Assembly (NCBI GenBank): GCA_946611635.1
Contig: CAMODW010000005.1
Location: 1 to 46,594, forward strand
DNA from: an uncultured Bacillota bacterium
GTDB taxonomy: Bacteria; Bacillota_I; Bacilli_A; RF39; UBA660
Length of the DNA stretch: 46,594 nucleotides
Direction: 5' to 3'
In this document: piece after piece, positions 29,515 to 38,986 of the stretch
Position numbering within the stretch: position 1 is the first letter of the stretch
Layout of the letters: the number at the start of each line of letters is the position of its first letter
Notes under the pieces: generated by a model
What the model saw: only the letters and a program-made list of their open reading frames with translations
Told to the model about the DNA's origin: nothing
Databases searched by the model: none
Translations under genes and position numbers: made by a program

Positions 29515-30297
29515 ATGGAATTTAAAATAAATACGAAGCATTACGAAAATATCGACAGTATAGAGATAAAAAACAAAATAAAAGAAGTATATAATATTTG
29601 TTTAGATGAATCCTTAAAAGGAAATAAAGTAGCTTTTTATTATGAAGATTTGAATAATAATATAATCTCTTATAACGAAGAAATATGTTTTTACGCTGCA
29701 AGTACTATAAAAATACTAACTTGCTTATTGATATTTAAACAAGCAGACGAAGGAATAATAAATTTAAACAAAAAATTATTAGTAACATCTGATGATATTA
29801 TCACCGGAGGCGGTATAATTAAATATCAAAAACAAGATACAGAATATACAATAGATAAACTAATAGAATTATGCATCACAGAAAGTGATAACACTGCATA
29901 TATAAAACTGATAAGATTTATAGGTAAAGATAAAGTTATAGAGTATGGTAAATCATTGGGAGCTCTTCATACTCTTGAAGGTAAAGATTCATACGGGATA
30001 ACAAATTGTTTAGATATGATTATTTATTGGAAAGAATTAATTAAATATACTAAAGAAAATAGTAATGGAGCCAAATTCAAAAACTATTTATTAAATCCAA
30101 CAACAAAATTTATAAAAAATAATAAATATGTTAGAAAATATGGTATGTTTGATATTGCATATCATGAAACTGGTTACGTTGATAATGAAAAGCCATATTA
30201 TATGATAATACTAACTCAATTAAATAAAGAAGACTATAAAGAGGACTTCATTAATCAAATAGCTAAAATACTTGATGAAATAAACAATATTGTTTAA
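29515..30297 (+). CDS. Serine hydrolase of the class A beta-lactamase-like fold, no signal peptide
   Basis: FYAASTIK (SxxK), ESDNTA (SDN), RKYG (KTG-like), HETG. Confidence 0.8.
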   Translation: MEFKINTKHYENIDSIEIKNKIKEVYNICLDESLKGNKVAFYYEDLNNNIISYNEEICFYAASTIKILTCLLIFKQADEGIINLNKKLLVTSDDIITGGGIIKYQKQDTEYTIDKLIELCITESDNTAYIKLIRFIGKDKVIEYGKSLGALHTLEGKDSYGITNCLDMIIYWKELIKYTKENSNGAKFKNYLLNPTTKFIKNNKYVRKYGMFDIAYHETGYVDNEKPYYMIILTQLNKEDYKEDFINQIAKILDEINNIV

Positions 30298-30309
30298 AGA
30301 GGTGAGAAT

Positions 30310-32181
30310 ATGAATTATGAAATAATTGTAGTTGGTGGTGGCCATGCAGGCTGTGAAGCAGCCTACGCTTCAGCTAAAAAAGGTCATAGCACACTTCTAA
30401 TAACTAGTAATTTAAAAAACATAGCTGACATGCCGTGTAATCCTCATATCGGAGGAAGTGCCAAAGGAATAGTAGTAAGAGAAATAGATGCACTTGGCGG
30501 AGTAATGGGGAAAGTAGCTGATAAGACTCATCTACAAATAAAAATGCTAAATAGTGCCAAAGGACCTGCAGTACAAGCATTAAGAGCTCAAGGAGATAAG
30601 ATAGCATACCCTAAAGAAATGCTAAAAACCCTAAATAGTTTAGATACATTAACAATAAAAGAAGGAATGGTAGAAGATTTAATAATAAATAATAACAAAG
30701 TAGAAGGAATAGTATTAGAAAATGGCGAAAAGATTATTTCCCAAAAAGTAATACTAACTACAGGAACTTATTTAAAAGCAGACATTTTAGTAGGTAATAC
30801 AAGAACTAGAAAAGGCCCACATGGAGAAAAGCCATCTAATTATTTAAGTGATAATTTAAAAAAATATGGTTTTAGAATAATTAGATTAAAAACTGGAACT
30901 CCACAAAGAATAGATAGAAAATCAATAGACTTTTCTAAAACAAAAATAGAGCCAGGCGATGATAAACTATTAACATTTAACTTTGATTTTCCAGCAACTT
31001 ATAAAATAGAAGATCAAGAACCTTGTTATTTAACATATACAAACGAAGAAACGCATAAAATTATAAGAGAAAACTTAAACAAATCAAGTATGTATGGTGG
31101 TTTAGATGATATTGAAGGTATAGGTCCTAGATATTGTCCTTCTATAGAAGATAAAGTTGTAAGATTTAGTGATAAAAAAAGACATCAACTATTCTTGGAA
31201 CCAGAAAGTAGATACTATGATGACATATATGTTCAGGGCTTTTCAACGTCTATGCCTCCTGAAATCCAAGAAAAAATGGTTCATTCTTTACCTGGACTAG
31301 AACATGCTAAAATACTAAAATATGGCTATGCTATAGAGTATGATGCAATATATCCAACGCAACTAAATGCATCACTAGAAACAAAGATTATTAGTGGATT
31401 ATATACTGCCGGACAAATAAATGGTACCAGCGGCTATGAAGAAGCAGCATGCCAAGGATTAATGGCTGGAATAAATGCATCTTTATCAATAGAAGGAAAA
31501 GAACCACTTGTATTAAAAAGAAACGAAGCATATATTGGGGTTCTAATAGATGATTTAATAACAAAAGGAATAAGAGATCCGTATCGCTTATTATCTAGTA
31601 GAGCAGAGTTCCGCCTTATTTTAAGAAGTGATAATGCTGATTTGAGATTAAGAAAATATGGCTATGAAATAGGATTAATAGACAAAAAACAATTAGAAAG
31701 ATTAATCGAAAAAGAGCAAAAAATAAATGAATTAAAAGAATTCATGAATAATAATAAAATAAAAATAAAAGATGATACAAAAGAAATATTTAAAAAGAAT
31801 AATATTGATATACCAAATATGACCTTATCTCTAAAACAGCTAATAAAAAGACCTCAAATTAATATGAAATTATTAGAACAATTCATAGAAATTCCATTTG
31901 ATGAAGAAATAAAAGAACAAGTTGAAATAAACTATAAATATGAAGGTTATATAAAAAAATCAATAGTTGAGGCAGAAAAACTTTTAAAACTTGAGAAAAA
32001 ACAGATTCCTGATGATATAGACTATGATAAGATTAAAAACATTGCTTCTGAAGCACGTCAAAAACTAAAAGAAGTTAAACCAAAAACTATAGCTCAAGCA
32101 ATAAGAATAAGTGGTGTCAATCCATCAGATATATCAGTTCTATCAGTTTATTTAAAGAAAGAGTATAACAATCATGAATAA
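30310..32181 (+). CDS. mnmG: tRNA modification enzyme MnmG (GidA)
   Basis: VVGGGHAGCEAA, MPCNP, RLKTGTP, GPRYCPSIEDK, GQINGTSGYEEAA. Confidence 0.98.
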   Translation: MNYEIIVVGGGHAGCEAAYASAKKGHSTLLITSNLKNIADMPCNPHIGGSAKGIVVREIDALGGVMGKVADKTHLQIKMLNSAKGPAVQALRAQGDKIAYPKEMLKTLNSLDTLTIKEGMVEDLIINNNKVEGIVLENGEKIISQKVILTTGTYLKADILVGNTRTRKGPHGEKPSNYLSDNLKKYGFRIIRLKTGTPQRIDRKSIDFSKTKIEPGDDKLLTFNFDFPATYKIEDQEPCYLTYTNEETHKIIRENLNKSSMYGGLDDIEGIGPRYCPSIEDKVVRFSDKKRHQLFLEPESRYYDDIYVQGFSTSMPPEIQEKMVHSLPGLEHAKILKYGYAIEYDAIYPTQLNASLETKIISGLYTAGQINGTSGYEEAACQGLMAGINASLSIEGKEPLVLKRNEAYIGVLIDDLITKGIRDPYRLLSSRAEFRLILRSDNADLRLRKYGYEIGLIDKKQLERLIEKEQKINELKEFMNNNKIKIKDDTKEIFKKNNIDIPNMTLSLKQLIKRPQINMKLLEQFIEIPFDEEIKEQVEINYKYEGYIKKSIVEAEKLLKLEKKQIPDDIDYDKIKNIASEARQKLKEVKPKTIAQAIRISGVNPSDISVLSVYLKKEYNNHE

Positions 32182-32890
32182 AGAAGAATTTATAAAAAAA
32201 CTTCAAGAAGAGAATATAGAAGTAAATGATATTATTCTAGAAAAATTAGAAGAGTATTCTAATTACTTAATAGAATATAACGAGCATACAAACTTAACTT
32301 CAATAAAAGAAAAAAAGGATATCTATTTAAAACATTTCTATGACTCAATAATTATATCTAAGTATTATGAATTTAAAGACCAAAAAGTGTTAGATATAGG
32401 GACTGGAGCAGGCTTTCCAGGTATGATATTAAAAATATTTTTTCCAAATTTAAAAGTAACATTATTAGATTCTAATAATAAAAAAATAAGATTTTTGACA
32501 GAATTATGTAATAAATTAGAAATAGAAGATATTGAACTAATATGTGAAAGAGCAGAAGATTATTGTAAAAAGAATAGAGAAATATTTGATATAGTAACAT
32601 CAAGAGCTGTTAGTAATCTAACTACTCTTAGTGAAATATCAATTCCATTTGTAAAAAAAGATGGCTATTTTATACCTTTAAAAGGTGGAAATAAAGATGA
32701 AATAATGGAAGCAAAACATGCTATTTCTATACTCGGAGGAGAAATAGAAAAAGAGTTCAATTATACATTACCTATAGAAAATAGTAATAGAACAGTTTTA
32801 TTTATAAAAAAGAAAAAAAATACACCATCTATATATCCACGACAATATAGTAAAATAGTTAAAAATCCATTGAAAAATAAAGAGAAATAA
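32174..32890 (+). CDS. rsmG: 16S rRNA G527 methyltransferase RsmG (GidB)
   Basis: NLTSI, KHFYDS, DIGTGAGFPG, SRAV, YPR. Confidence 0.97.
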   Translation: MNKEEFIKKLQEENIEVNDIILEKLEEYSNYLIEYNEHTNLTSIKEKKDIYLKHFYDSIIISKYYEFKDQKVLDIGTGAGFPGMILKIFFPNLKVTLLDSNNKKIRFLTELCNKLEIEDIELICERAEDYCKKNREIFDIVTSRAVSNLTTLSEISIPFVKKDGYFIPLKGGNKDEIMEAKHAISILGGEIEKEFNYTLPIENSNRTVLFIKKKKNTPSIYPRQYSKIVKNPLKNKEK

Positions 32891-32937
32891 GATATGATAA
32901 AAAATAGAATAGAGAGTAGTACCAAAGGGGTGAAAAT

Positions 32938-34377
32938 ATGAATTTAGATCAAACAGTTGTTCAAGTACATATTGAAGATATAATACCTAATAGATTTCAA
33001 CCAAGATTAAATTTTGATCAATCATCATTACAAGAATTGGCAGATTCTATAAAAGTACATGGTATTATCCAACCATTAGTTTTAAGAAAATTAGGAGATA
33101 AATATGAAATAATTGCTGGAGAAAGAAGATATAAAGCAGCTGTATTAGCCGGTCTTTCAACAGTACCAGCTGTAATATCTAACATTGATGATAATAGAGC
33201 AGCTGAAGTAGCAATAGTAGAAAATGTTCAAAGAAAGAATTTAACTGCTATAGAAGAAGCTAGATCATATAAGAACTTACTGGATAAAGGATATCTAACC
33301 CAGGAAGGACTAGCTAAAAAAATGGGCTTATCACAACCTGCAATAGCAAATAAAATTAGATTATTAAATTTAGATGATGAAGTACAACAAGCTCTATTAG
33401 ATGAAAAAATATCTGAAAGACATGCTAGAACATTACTTACAATTCCTGATAAAGAAACTCAAAAAGAATGGTTACATAGAATAATAAATGAAAGATTAAC
33501 AGTTAGGCAATTAGATATGGAATTAAAAAAATCTAATACTAAAGTTGATCCAACAATAATTGAAGAAGATGAATCAGACGGCGGAGTTCCAATAGTTGAT
33601 ACAAAACCATCCATAGAAGAAATGAAAGCAAATTCATCAGATATATTTGGTGCTGATAAAATGTCAGTAGAAGAAAAGATGAAACCAACAGAAGTAATTA
33701 ATGAAGAAATAGAAACGTTAGATTTTGATGATAATAAAAATAATAATAACTTTATCAATAGTGCACAACCTATCATTGAACAACCACAATCTACTAATAA
33801 TATAGATGATGCTAAATTTGTAAGTTCAAATCAACCTGCTGAAGAAAATAGATTCTTCACATTTAATGATAATCAAAACGAAGATAATAATAGCGAACCT
33901 GAGATGAAATCTATATCTGAAAATCAAAATGATAATAGTTTTGAAATAATCGACTTTAATAATAATTCTAATCCAGAAGATGAATCAGATGATGAGAATC
34001 CTGGTCAAAGCAATCCATTTCTTGATACAAATTCTAATCAAAACAAAGCAATTAACATTGAAGAAGAACCAAGTAGTAGTGATTTTAATATAAGTTCAAA
34101 TAATAAATTCTTTACTCCTGCCTTAAATGAAAGAAAGACGATAGAATTAAATGAAGAATTAACTAGAGTTGAAAACCCTATGGATAGAGTTAAACAATTA
34201 AGTAATAATAACTCTGGTGGCTATAATGAAACTGGAGAGATGTCATTAAAAGATTCTATAAATGTAGTTAGAAATAGTCTTGAAAGCTTGGGAAATAAAG
34301 GAGTATATGCAGAAGTAGAAGAAATTGATTTCCCAGAATATTATCAAATAACTATAAAAATACCAAAAGACAACTAA
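32938..34377 (+). CDS. noc: Nucleoid occlusion protein Noc (ParB family) with a large acidic insertion
   Basis: PNRFQPR, GERRYKA, HTH SQPAIANKIRLL...SERHAR (Noc-type Q/K/R), Noc-like C-terminus INVVRNSL...EEIDFPEYYQITIKIPK; follows rsmG. Confidence 0.88.
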   Translation: MNLDQTVVQVHIEDIIPNRFQPRLNFDQSSLQELADSIKVHGIIQPLVLRKLGDKYEIIAGERRYKAAVLAGLSTVPAVISNIDDNRAAEVAIVENVQRKNLTAIEEARSYKNLLDKGYLTQEGLAKKMGLSQPAIANKIRLLNLDDEVQQALLDEKISERHARTLLTIPDKETQKEWLHRIINERLTVRQLDMELKKSNTKVDPTIIEEDESDGGVPIVDTKPSIEEMKANSSDIFGADKMSVEEKMKPTEVINEEIETLDFDDNKNNNNFINSAQPIIEQPQSTNNIDDAKFVSSNQPAEENRFFTFNDNQNEDNNSEPEMKSISENQNDNSFEIIDFNNNSNPEDESDDENPGQSNPFLDTNSNQNKAINIEEEPSSSDFNISSNNKFFTPALNERKTIELNEELTRVENPMDRVKQLSNNNSGGYNETGEMSLKDSINVVRNSLESLGNKGVYAEVEEIDFPEYYQITIKIPKDN

Positions 34378-34395
34378 TTATTATTAGTTGTTTTT
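34370..34395 (+). terminator. Terminator after noc
   Basis: ACAACTAAT/ATTAGTTGT stem plus T-run. Confidence 0.7.
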
Positions 34396-34438
34396 AGTTA
34401 ATAATATGTTATAATCTCTTAGCAAAGGGGATAAAATT

Positions 34439-34780
34439 ATGATAAAAATATATAATATTTATTTATTTAAGAATGAGGAATTAGAAAAAGAATATAAAGA
34501 AATAAAAACTATCGATAAAGATGGAAAAATAATATTTAAAATAGACGATATAAAAACAACAATAAACAAAGATGAAATAATAAGAGAAAACAACGAATAT
34601 AAGTTTTATTTAAATATTCCTAAAAAAAATAGTTATTATATATTAAAAAGTCATAATTTATCATATGATATTACAGTTGAAAAAGCTCAAATAAAAAGAA
34701 TAAATAATGAGATAATAATAAATTACAAAATAGAAACAAACGATGAAGAAATAACTATAAAAATAGTAGAAAGAATGTGA
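34439..34780 (+). CDS. Hypothetical beta-rich protein, possibly a divergent DUF1934/YwiB
   Basis: 113-aa ORF with RBS and TGnTATAAT promoter, immediately upstream of argS; the family assignment rests on position only. Confidence 0.55.
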   Translation: MIKIYNIYLFKNEELEKEYKEIKTIDKDGKIIFKIDDIKTTINKDEIIRENNEYKFYLNIPKKNSYYILKSHNLSYDITVEKAQIKRINNEIIINYKIETNDEEITIKIVERM

Positions 34781-34784
34781 TATT

Positions 34785-36536
34785 ATGCAAGCTTTTATTA
34801 AAACACAAGAAGAGTACATAAAAGAAAAAATAAAAAAACTAGGTTATGAAATAAAAGACGTAACATTAAATGTTTCTTCTAGACCCGAATTAGGAGATTA
34901 TCAATTTAATGGAATAATGGCTTTAGCCAAAGAGTATAAAAGAAATCCAAGAGAAATTGCTGAAGAATTGGTAAATTCAATTAAAGAAGATAATTTTTAT
35001 AAAGATATAAATATGGCAGGGCCAGGATTTATAAATATAACATTTTCAGATGAACAATTAATTAATCATTTAAATGAATTAAATGAAAACATTAATCTTA
35101 ATTATACTGTAGATAAAAAAAGAACAATATTTTTAGATTATGGCGGAGCAAATGTTGCCAAAGCATTACATGTTGGACACTTAAGAAGTGCAAACATAGG
35201 TGAAGCATTAAAAAGATTAGCTAAGTCTTTGGGAAATGAAACAATAGCTGATGCACACTTAGGTGACTGGGGAAGACCAATTGGCCTAGTAATGTTAGAA
35301 ATAAAAAATAGATTTCCTAATTTACCTTACTTTGATGAAAACCACAAAGGAAGCTATCCAGACCAATCTCCAGTAACAAACGAAGATTTAATGGAAATGT
35401 ATCCAAAAGCATCAGAAAAAGCTAAAAATGACGAGAAATATATGGAAGAAGCAAGGGAAATAACAGCTAAGTTTCAAAGTGGAGATAAAGGATTAATGGC
35501 GTTATGGGAACACATAATGAACGTTTCTAAAAAAGATATAAAAGCAAGTTATGATAGATTAAATACAACCTTTGAAGTATGGGAAGGTGAAAGTGATTGC
35601 GATAAGTATATCCCAGAATTGATAGAATATTTAGAAAAAGAAAAACTTATAAAAGAAAGTCAAGGAGCCAGAATTATAGAGGTAAAAGAAGAAAATGACG
35701 ATCATGAAGTGCCTCCTTTATTATTAGTAAAATCTAATGGTTCACATTCATATGAAACAACAGATTTGGCTTGTATTTGGGAAAGAATGCATAAATGGAG
35801 CCCAGATGAAATATGGTATTTAACAGATTCTAGACAAGCTTTACATTTTGAACAAGTCTTTAGAGCAGCAAAAAAAGCAAAAATAGTAAAAGATACAACA
35901 AAATTAGAGTTTATTCCATTTGGTACTATGAACGGAGTAGATGGCAAGCCCTTCAAAACAAGAGATGGCGGCACTATGAAATTAGACGATTTAATAGATC
36001 TAGCCGCTGTTGAATGTGAGAAAAAAATATTACCAAATATTATTGGAGAAGAAAGAAAAAAAATTGCCGAAATTGTAGCATTATCTGCTGTAAAATACGC
36101 AGATCTACTACCGTATAGATTAACAGATTATGTATTTGATCCAGTTAAATTTAGTGATCTTCAAGGTAAAACTGGTCCATATTTGTTATATTCTACAATA
36201 AGAATGAAATCACTATTAGCAAAAGCAAATGAAGAAAAAATAGAATATAAAAAGATTTTAACAATATCAGACGAATTCCAAAGAAATATTATGATTTCTT
36301 TATTAAATATAAACAGCGTGTTGAATAAATCTTTTGAATCACGTTCGTTAAATGATATATGTGAACATTTATATAAAATTACTAATACATATAATAATTT
36401 CTATTATCAGAATAGAATACTTACAGAGTCTAATATAAAAATTAGAGAATCATGGTTAACTCTAACAAAAATAGTATATGATAATAACTGCAAGATGCTA
36501 AAAATATTAGGTATAAATGTACCAGAAAGAATGTAA
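34785..36536 (+). CDS. argS: Arginine--tRNA ligase
   Basis: GDYQFN, AGPGFIN, LHVGHLRS, GDWG, FKTRDG, GKTGPYLLY, PERM. Confidence 0.97.
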   Translation: MQAFIKTQEEYIKEKIKKLGYEIKDVTLNVSSRPELGDYQFNGIMALAKEYKRNPREIAEELVNSIKEDNFYKDINMAGPGFINITFSDEQLINHLNELNENINLNYTVDKKRTIFLDYGGANVAKALHVGHLRSANIGEALKRLAKSLGNETIADAHLGDWGRPIGLVMLEIKNRFPNLPYFDENHKGSYPDQSPVTNEDLMEMYPKASEKAKNDEKYMEEAREITAKFQSGDKGLMALWEHIMNVSKKDIKASYDRLNTTFEVWEGESDCDKYIPELIEYLEKEKLIKESQGARIIEVKEENDDHEVPPLLLVKSNGSHSYETTDLACIWERMHKWSPDEIWYLTDSRQALHFEQVFRAAKKAKIVKDTTKLEFIPFGTMNGVDGKPFKTRDGGTMKLDDLIDLAAVECEKKILPNIIGEERKKIAEIVALSAVKYADLLPYRLTDYVFDPVKFSDLQGKTGPYLLYSTIRMKSLLAKANEEKIEYKKILTISDEFQRNIMISLLNINSVLNKSFESRSLNDICEHLYKITNTYNNFYYQNRILTESNIKIRESWLTLTKIVYDNNCKMLKILGINVPERM

Positions 36537-36617
36537 ATAAAAAAAATTAAAAAAATAGTATTGTCATATTAAAAAAAATATGTATAATTGTGTCTAGTGG
36601 TTATGGAGGAAATGCTA

Positions 36618-37046
36618 ATGAGTTCAAAAAATTTGACTCTAGAAGAGTTAGAAGCAATGTCGTATGATGATATTGCACTAATAGTTTTAAATGAATCAAA
36701 AAAGACAATGAAAATTAATGATTTATTCAAAAAAGTATGTGATTTATTAAAGATGAGTGAAGAAGAATATGTTAATAAATTACCAGCATTCTTTGATGTA
36801 ATAAGTACTGATCATCGATTTATTATGTTAGATGATGGATCTTGGGACATAAAAACAAGACATTCAACAAAAGTAATAATCGATAACGATGATGATGAAG
36901 ACGAAGAAATAATACTTGATGAAGAAGAACCTGAAGAAGATGATGAAGAAGATATATTTTATGATGAAGATTCTTCAGATGATGATACAACCGAAGATGA
37001 TTTAAAAGATTTAGTAATCATTGATGAAGAAGAAACAAATGGTTAA
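36618..37046 (+). CDS. rpoE: RNA polymerase delta subunit (start trimmed to MSSK)
   Basis: HARE-HTH-like N-domain (MS..DIA..VL, TD.RF....G.W) and a long acidic tail; GGAGG RBS. Confidence 0.9.
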   Translation: MSSKNLTLEELEAMSYDDIALIVLNESKKTMKINDLFKKVCDLLKMSEEEYVNKLPAFFDVISTDHRFIMLDDGSWDIKTRHSTKVIIDNDDDEDEEIILDEEEPEEDDEEDIFYDEDSSDDDTTEDDLKDLVIIDEEETNG

Positions 37047-37063
37047 TATCATTTGTTTTTTTT
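37033..37063 (+). terminator. Terminator after rpoE
   Basis: AAACAAATGGT/ATCATTTGTTT stem plus T-run. Confidence 0.75.
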
Positions 37064-37101
37064 ACTTAAAATGATATAATACCAAAGAAAGGCGTGACAA
37101 T

Positions 37102-38157
37102 ATGATAGAAAGATTAGAAGCTATATCAGAAAAATATCAAGAATTAACTAACAAATTATCATCTCCAGAAGTATTATCAGACTATAACGAATTAAAAAAA
37201 TTATCAAAAGAACAAAAAGATTTAGAAGAACAATATAATAAATATCAAGAGTATAAAAAAGTTATAAATGATATTGGTGAAGCAAAAGAATTAATAGATG
37301 ATCCAGAAATGGGAGAAATGGCTTCTCAAGAATTAGAAGAATTAGAAGCAAAAAAAGAAATACTAACTAAAGAATTAGAACTATTATTAATACCAAAAGA
37401 CGAAAATGATGATAAAAATATAATAATAGAGATAAGAGGAGCAGCTGGAGGAGACGAAGCAAATATATTTGCTGGTGATCTATTTAGAATGTATCAACAC
37501 TATGCTGATAAAAATGGTTGGAAAATAGAAATAATAAATGAAGAAGCCGGCAGTGCTGGTGGATATTCCCAAGTAGAAGCAATAATAAAGGGAGATAACG
37601 TTTATTCAAAGCTAAAATACGAATCAGGTTCCCATCGTGTTCAACGTGTACCAGTAACTGAATCTAATGGAAGAATACAAACTTCTACAGCAACAGTACT
37701 TATCATGCCAGAAGTAGAAGATGTTGATATAGAAATTAATCCAAACGATTTAAGAATAGATGTATACTGTGCAACTGGTCATGGAGGTCAAGGGGTTAAT
37801 ACTACACCATCAGCCGTAAGAATAACACACCTTCCAACCAATACAGTTGTTACATGTCAAAACGAAAGAAGTCAATTACAAAACAAACAAGAAGCAATGC
37901 AAGTATTAAAATCTAGACTATACCAAATGGCGCAAGAAGAACAAGATGCAAAAGTAGGAAACGAAAGAAGAAGTAAAATAGGTACAGGAGATAGAGCAGA
38001 AAAAATAAGAACATACAATTATCCTCAAAACAGAGTAACAGATCATCGTATAGGATATACTACAAATAACTTAGATAGAATTATGGATGGAGCCTTAGAT
38101 GAAATAATTGAAGCTCTTATAACAGAAGATATGGCTCGTAAACTTAGAGGAGAATGA
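37102..38157 (+). CDS. prfA: Peptide chain release factor 1
   Basis: EIRGAAGGDEA, HRVQRVPVTE (PxT), GGQ, RTYNYPQNRVTDHRI. Confidence 0.98.
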   Translation: MIERLEAISEKYQELTNKLSSPEVLSDYNELKKLSKEQKDLEEQYNKYQEYKKVINDIGEAKELIDDPEMGEMASQELEELEAKKEILTKELELLLIPKDENDDKNIIIEIRGAAGGDEANIFAGDLFRMYQHYADKNGWKIEIINEEAGSAGGYSQVEAIIKGDNVYSKLKYESGSHRVQRVPVTESNGRIQTSTATVLIMPEVEDVDIEINPNDLRIDVYCATGHGGQGVNTTPSAVRITHLPTNTVVTCQNERSQLQNKQEAMQVLKSRLYQMAQEEQDAKVGNERRSKIGTGDRAEKIRTYNYPQNRVTDHRIGYTTNNLDRIMDGALDEIIEALITEDMARKLRGE

Positions 38158-38876
38158 AAGAAGATATAGATTATCTAAAAAAATATTTGCACCCAGAAGA
38201 TAATTTAGAATTAGCTATAAAAAGATTAGAATCTGGCGAACCAGTTCAATACATAGTAGGAGATGTTAACTTTTATGGTAATACCATTAAAGTAAATAGA
38301 AACGTTCTAATTCCACGTCCAGAAACAGAAGAACTAGTTGAAAAAACTACCGAATATCTAAAAGAATTATTTACTAATAATTTTAGTATTTTAGATATTG
38401 GAACAGGTAGTGGTTGTATTCCTATAGCATTAAAAAAATTATTTCCCAAGGCGGATATAAGTGCAGTAGATATATCAAAAGAAGCATTAGTAATTGCTCA
38501 AGAAAATGCTAGAATAAACAATACTCCTATTAATTTTTATGAAAGTGATATCTTTTCAAATGTAAAAGAAAAATTTGATTGTATTATATCAAATCCACCA
38601 TATCTTACAGAGAAAGATTTTATAATGGATATTGTAAAAAACAATGAACCAGCCATAGCGCTATATGGAGAAGATAATGGTTTATACTTTTATAAAGAAA
38701 TATTAAAAAAAGGAAAAAAATATCTAAAAGATAAGTTTATAATAGCATTTGAAATAGGAGAAACTCAAAAAGAAAAAATACTTAATATAGCTAGTAATTA
38801 TTATCCTTCAGCAACAATAATAGCAGCAAAGGACTTAAGAAAATTAGATAGATTCATTTTTATAATTCAAAAGTAG
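38154..38876 (+). CDS. prmC: Release factor glutamine methyltransferase
   Basis: EPVQYI, LIPRPETEEL, DIGTGSGCI, SNPPY. Confidence 0.96.
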   Translation: MKEDIDYLKKYLHPEDNLELAIKRLESGEPVQYIVGDVNFYGNTIKVNRNVLIPRPETEELVEKTTEYLKELFTNNFSILDIGTGSGCIPIALKKLFPKADISAVDISKEALVIAQENARINNTPINFYESDIFSNVKEKFDCIISNPPYLTEKDFIMDIVKNNEPAIALYGEDNGLYFYKEILKKGKKYLKDKFIIAFEIGETQKEKILNIASNYYPSATIIAAKDLRKLDRFIFIIQK

Positions 38877-38892
38877 CAAAAGCTACTTTTTT
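38869..38892 (+). terminator. Terminator after prmC
   Basis: AAAAGTAGC-AAAA-GCTACTTTT plus T-run. Confidence 0.75.
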
Positions 38893-38986
38893 ATTTACTT
38901 TTTAATAGTAAAATAGCTCCAATTTGTTTGACAAAGCATTATATAAAATATAATATTAAATTATAAACGAAAAAGAGTGTGATGTT

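Noticed and set aside
29515-30297. Calling the beta-lactamase-like gene an acquired resistance determinant
   Set aside because: No signal peptide, no mobile-element context, host-like composition, and a non-canonical KTG/omega-loop region.
36880-37035. GAT/GAA trinucleotide-rich repeat
   Set aside because: Simply encodes the acidic tail of the RNA polymerase delta subunit.
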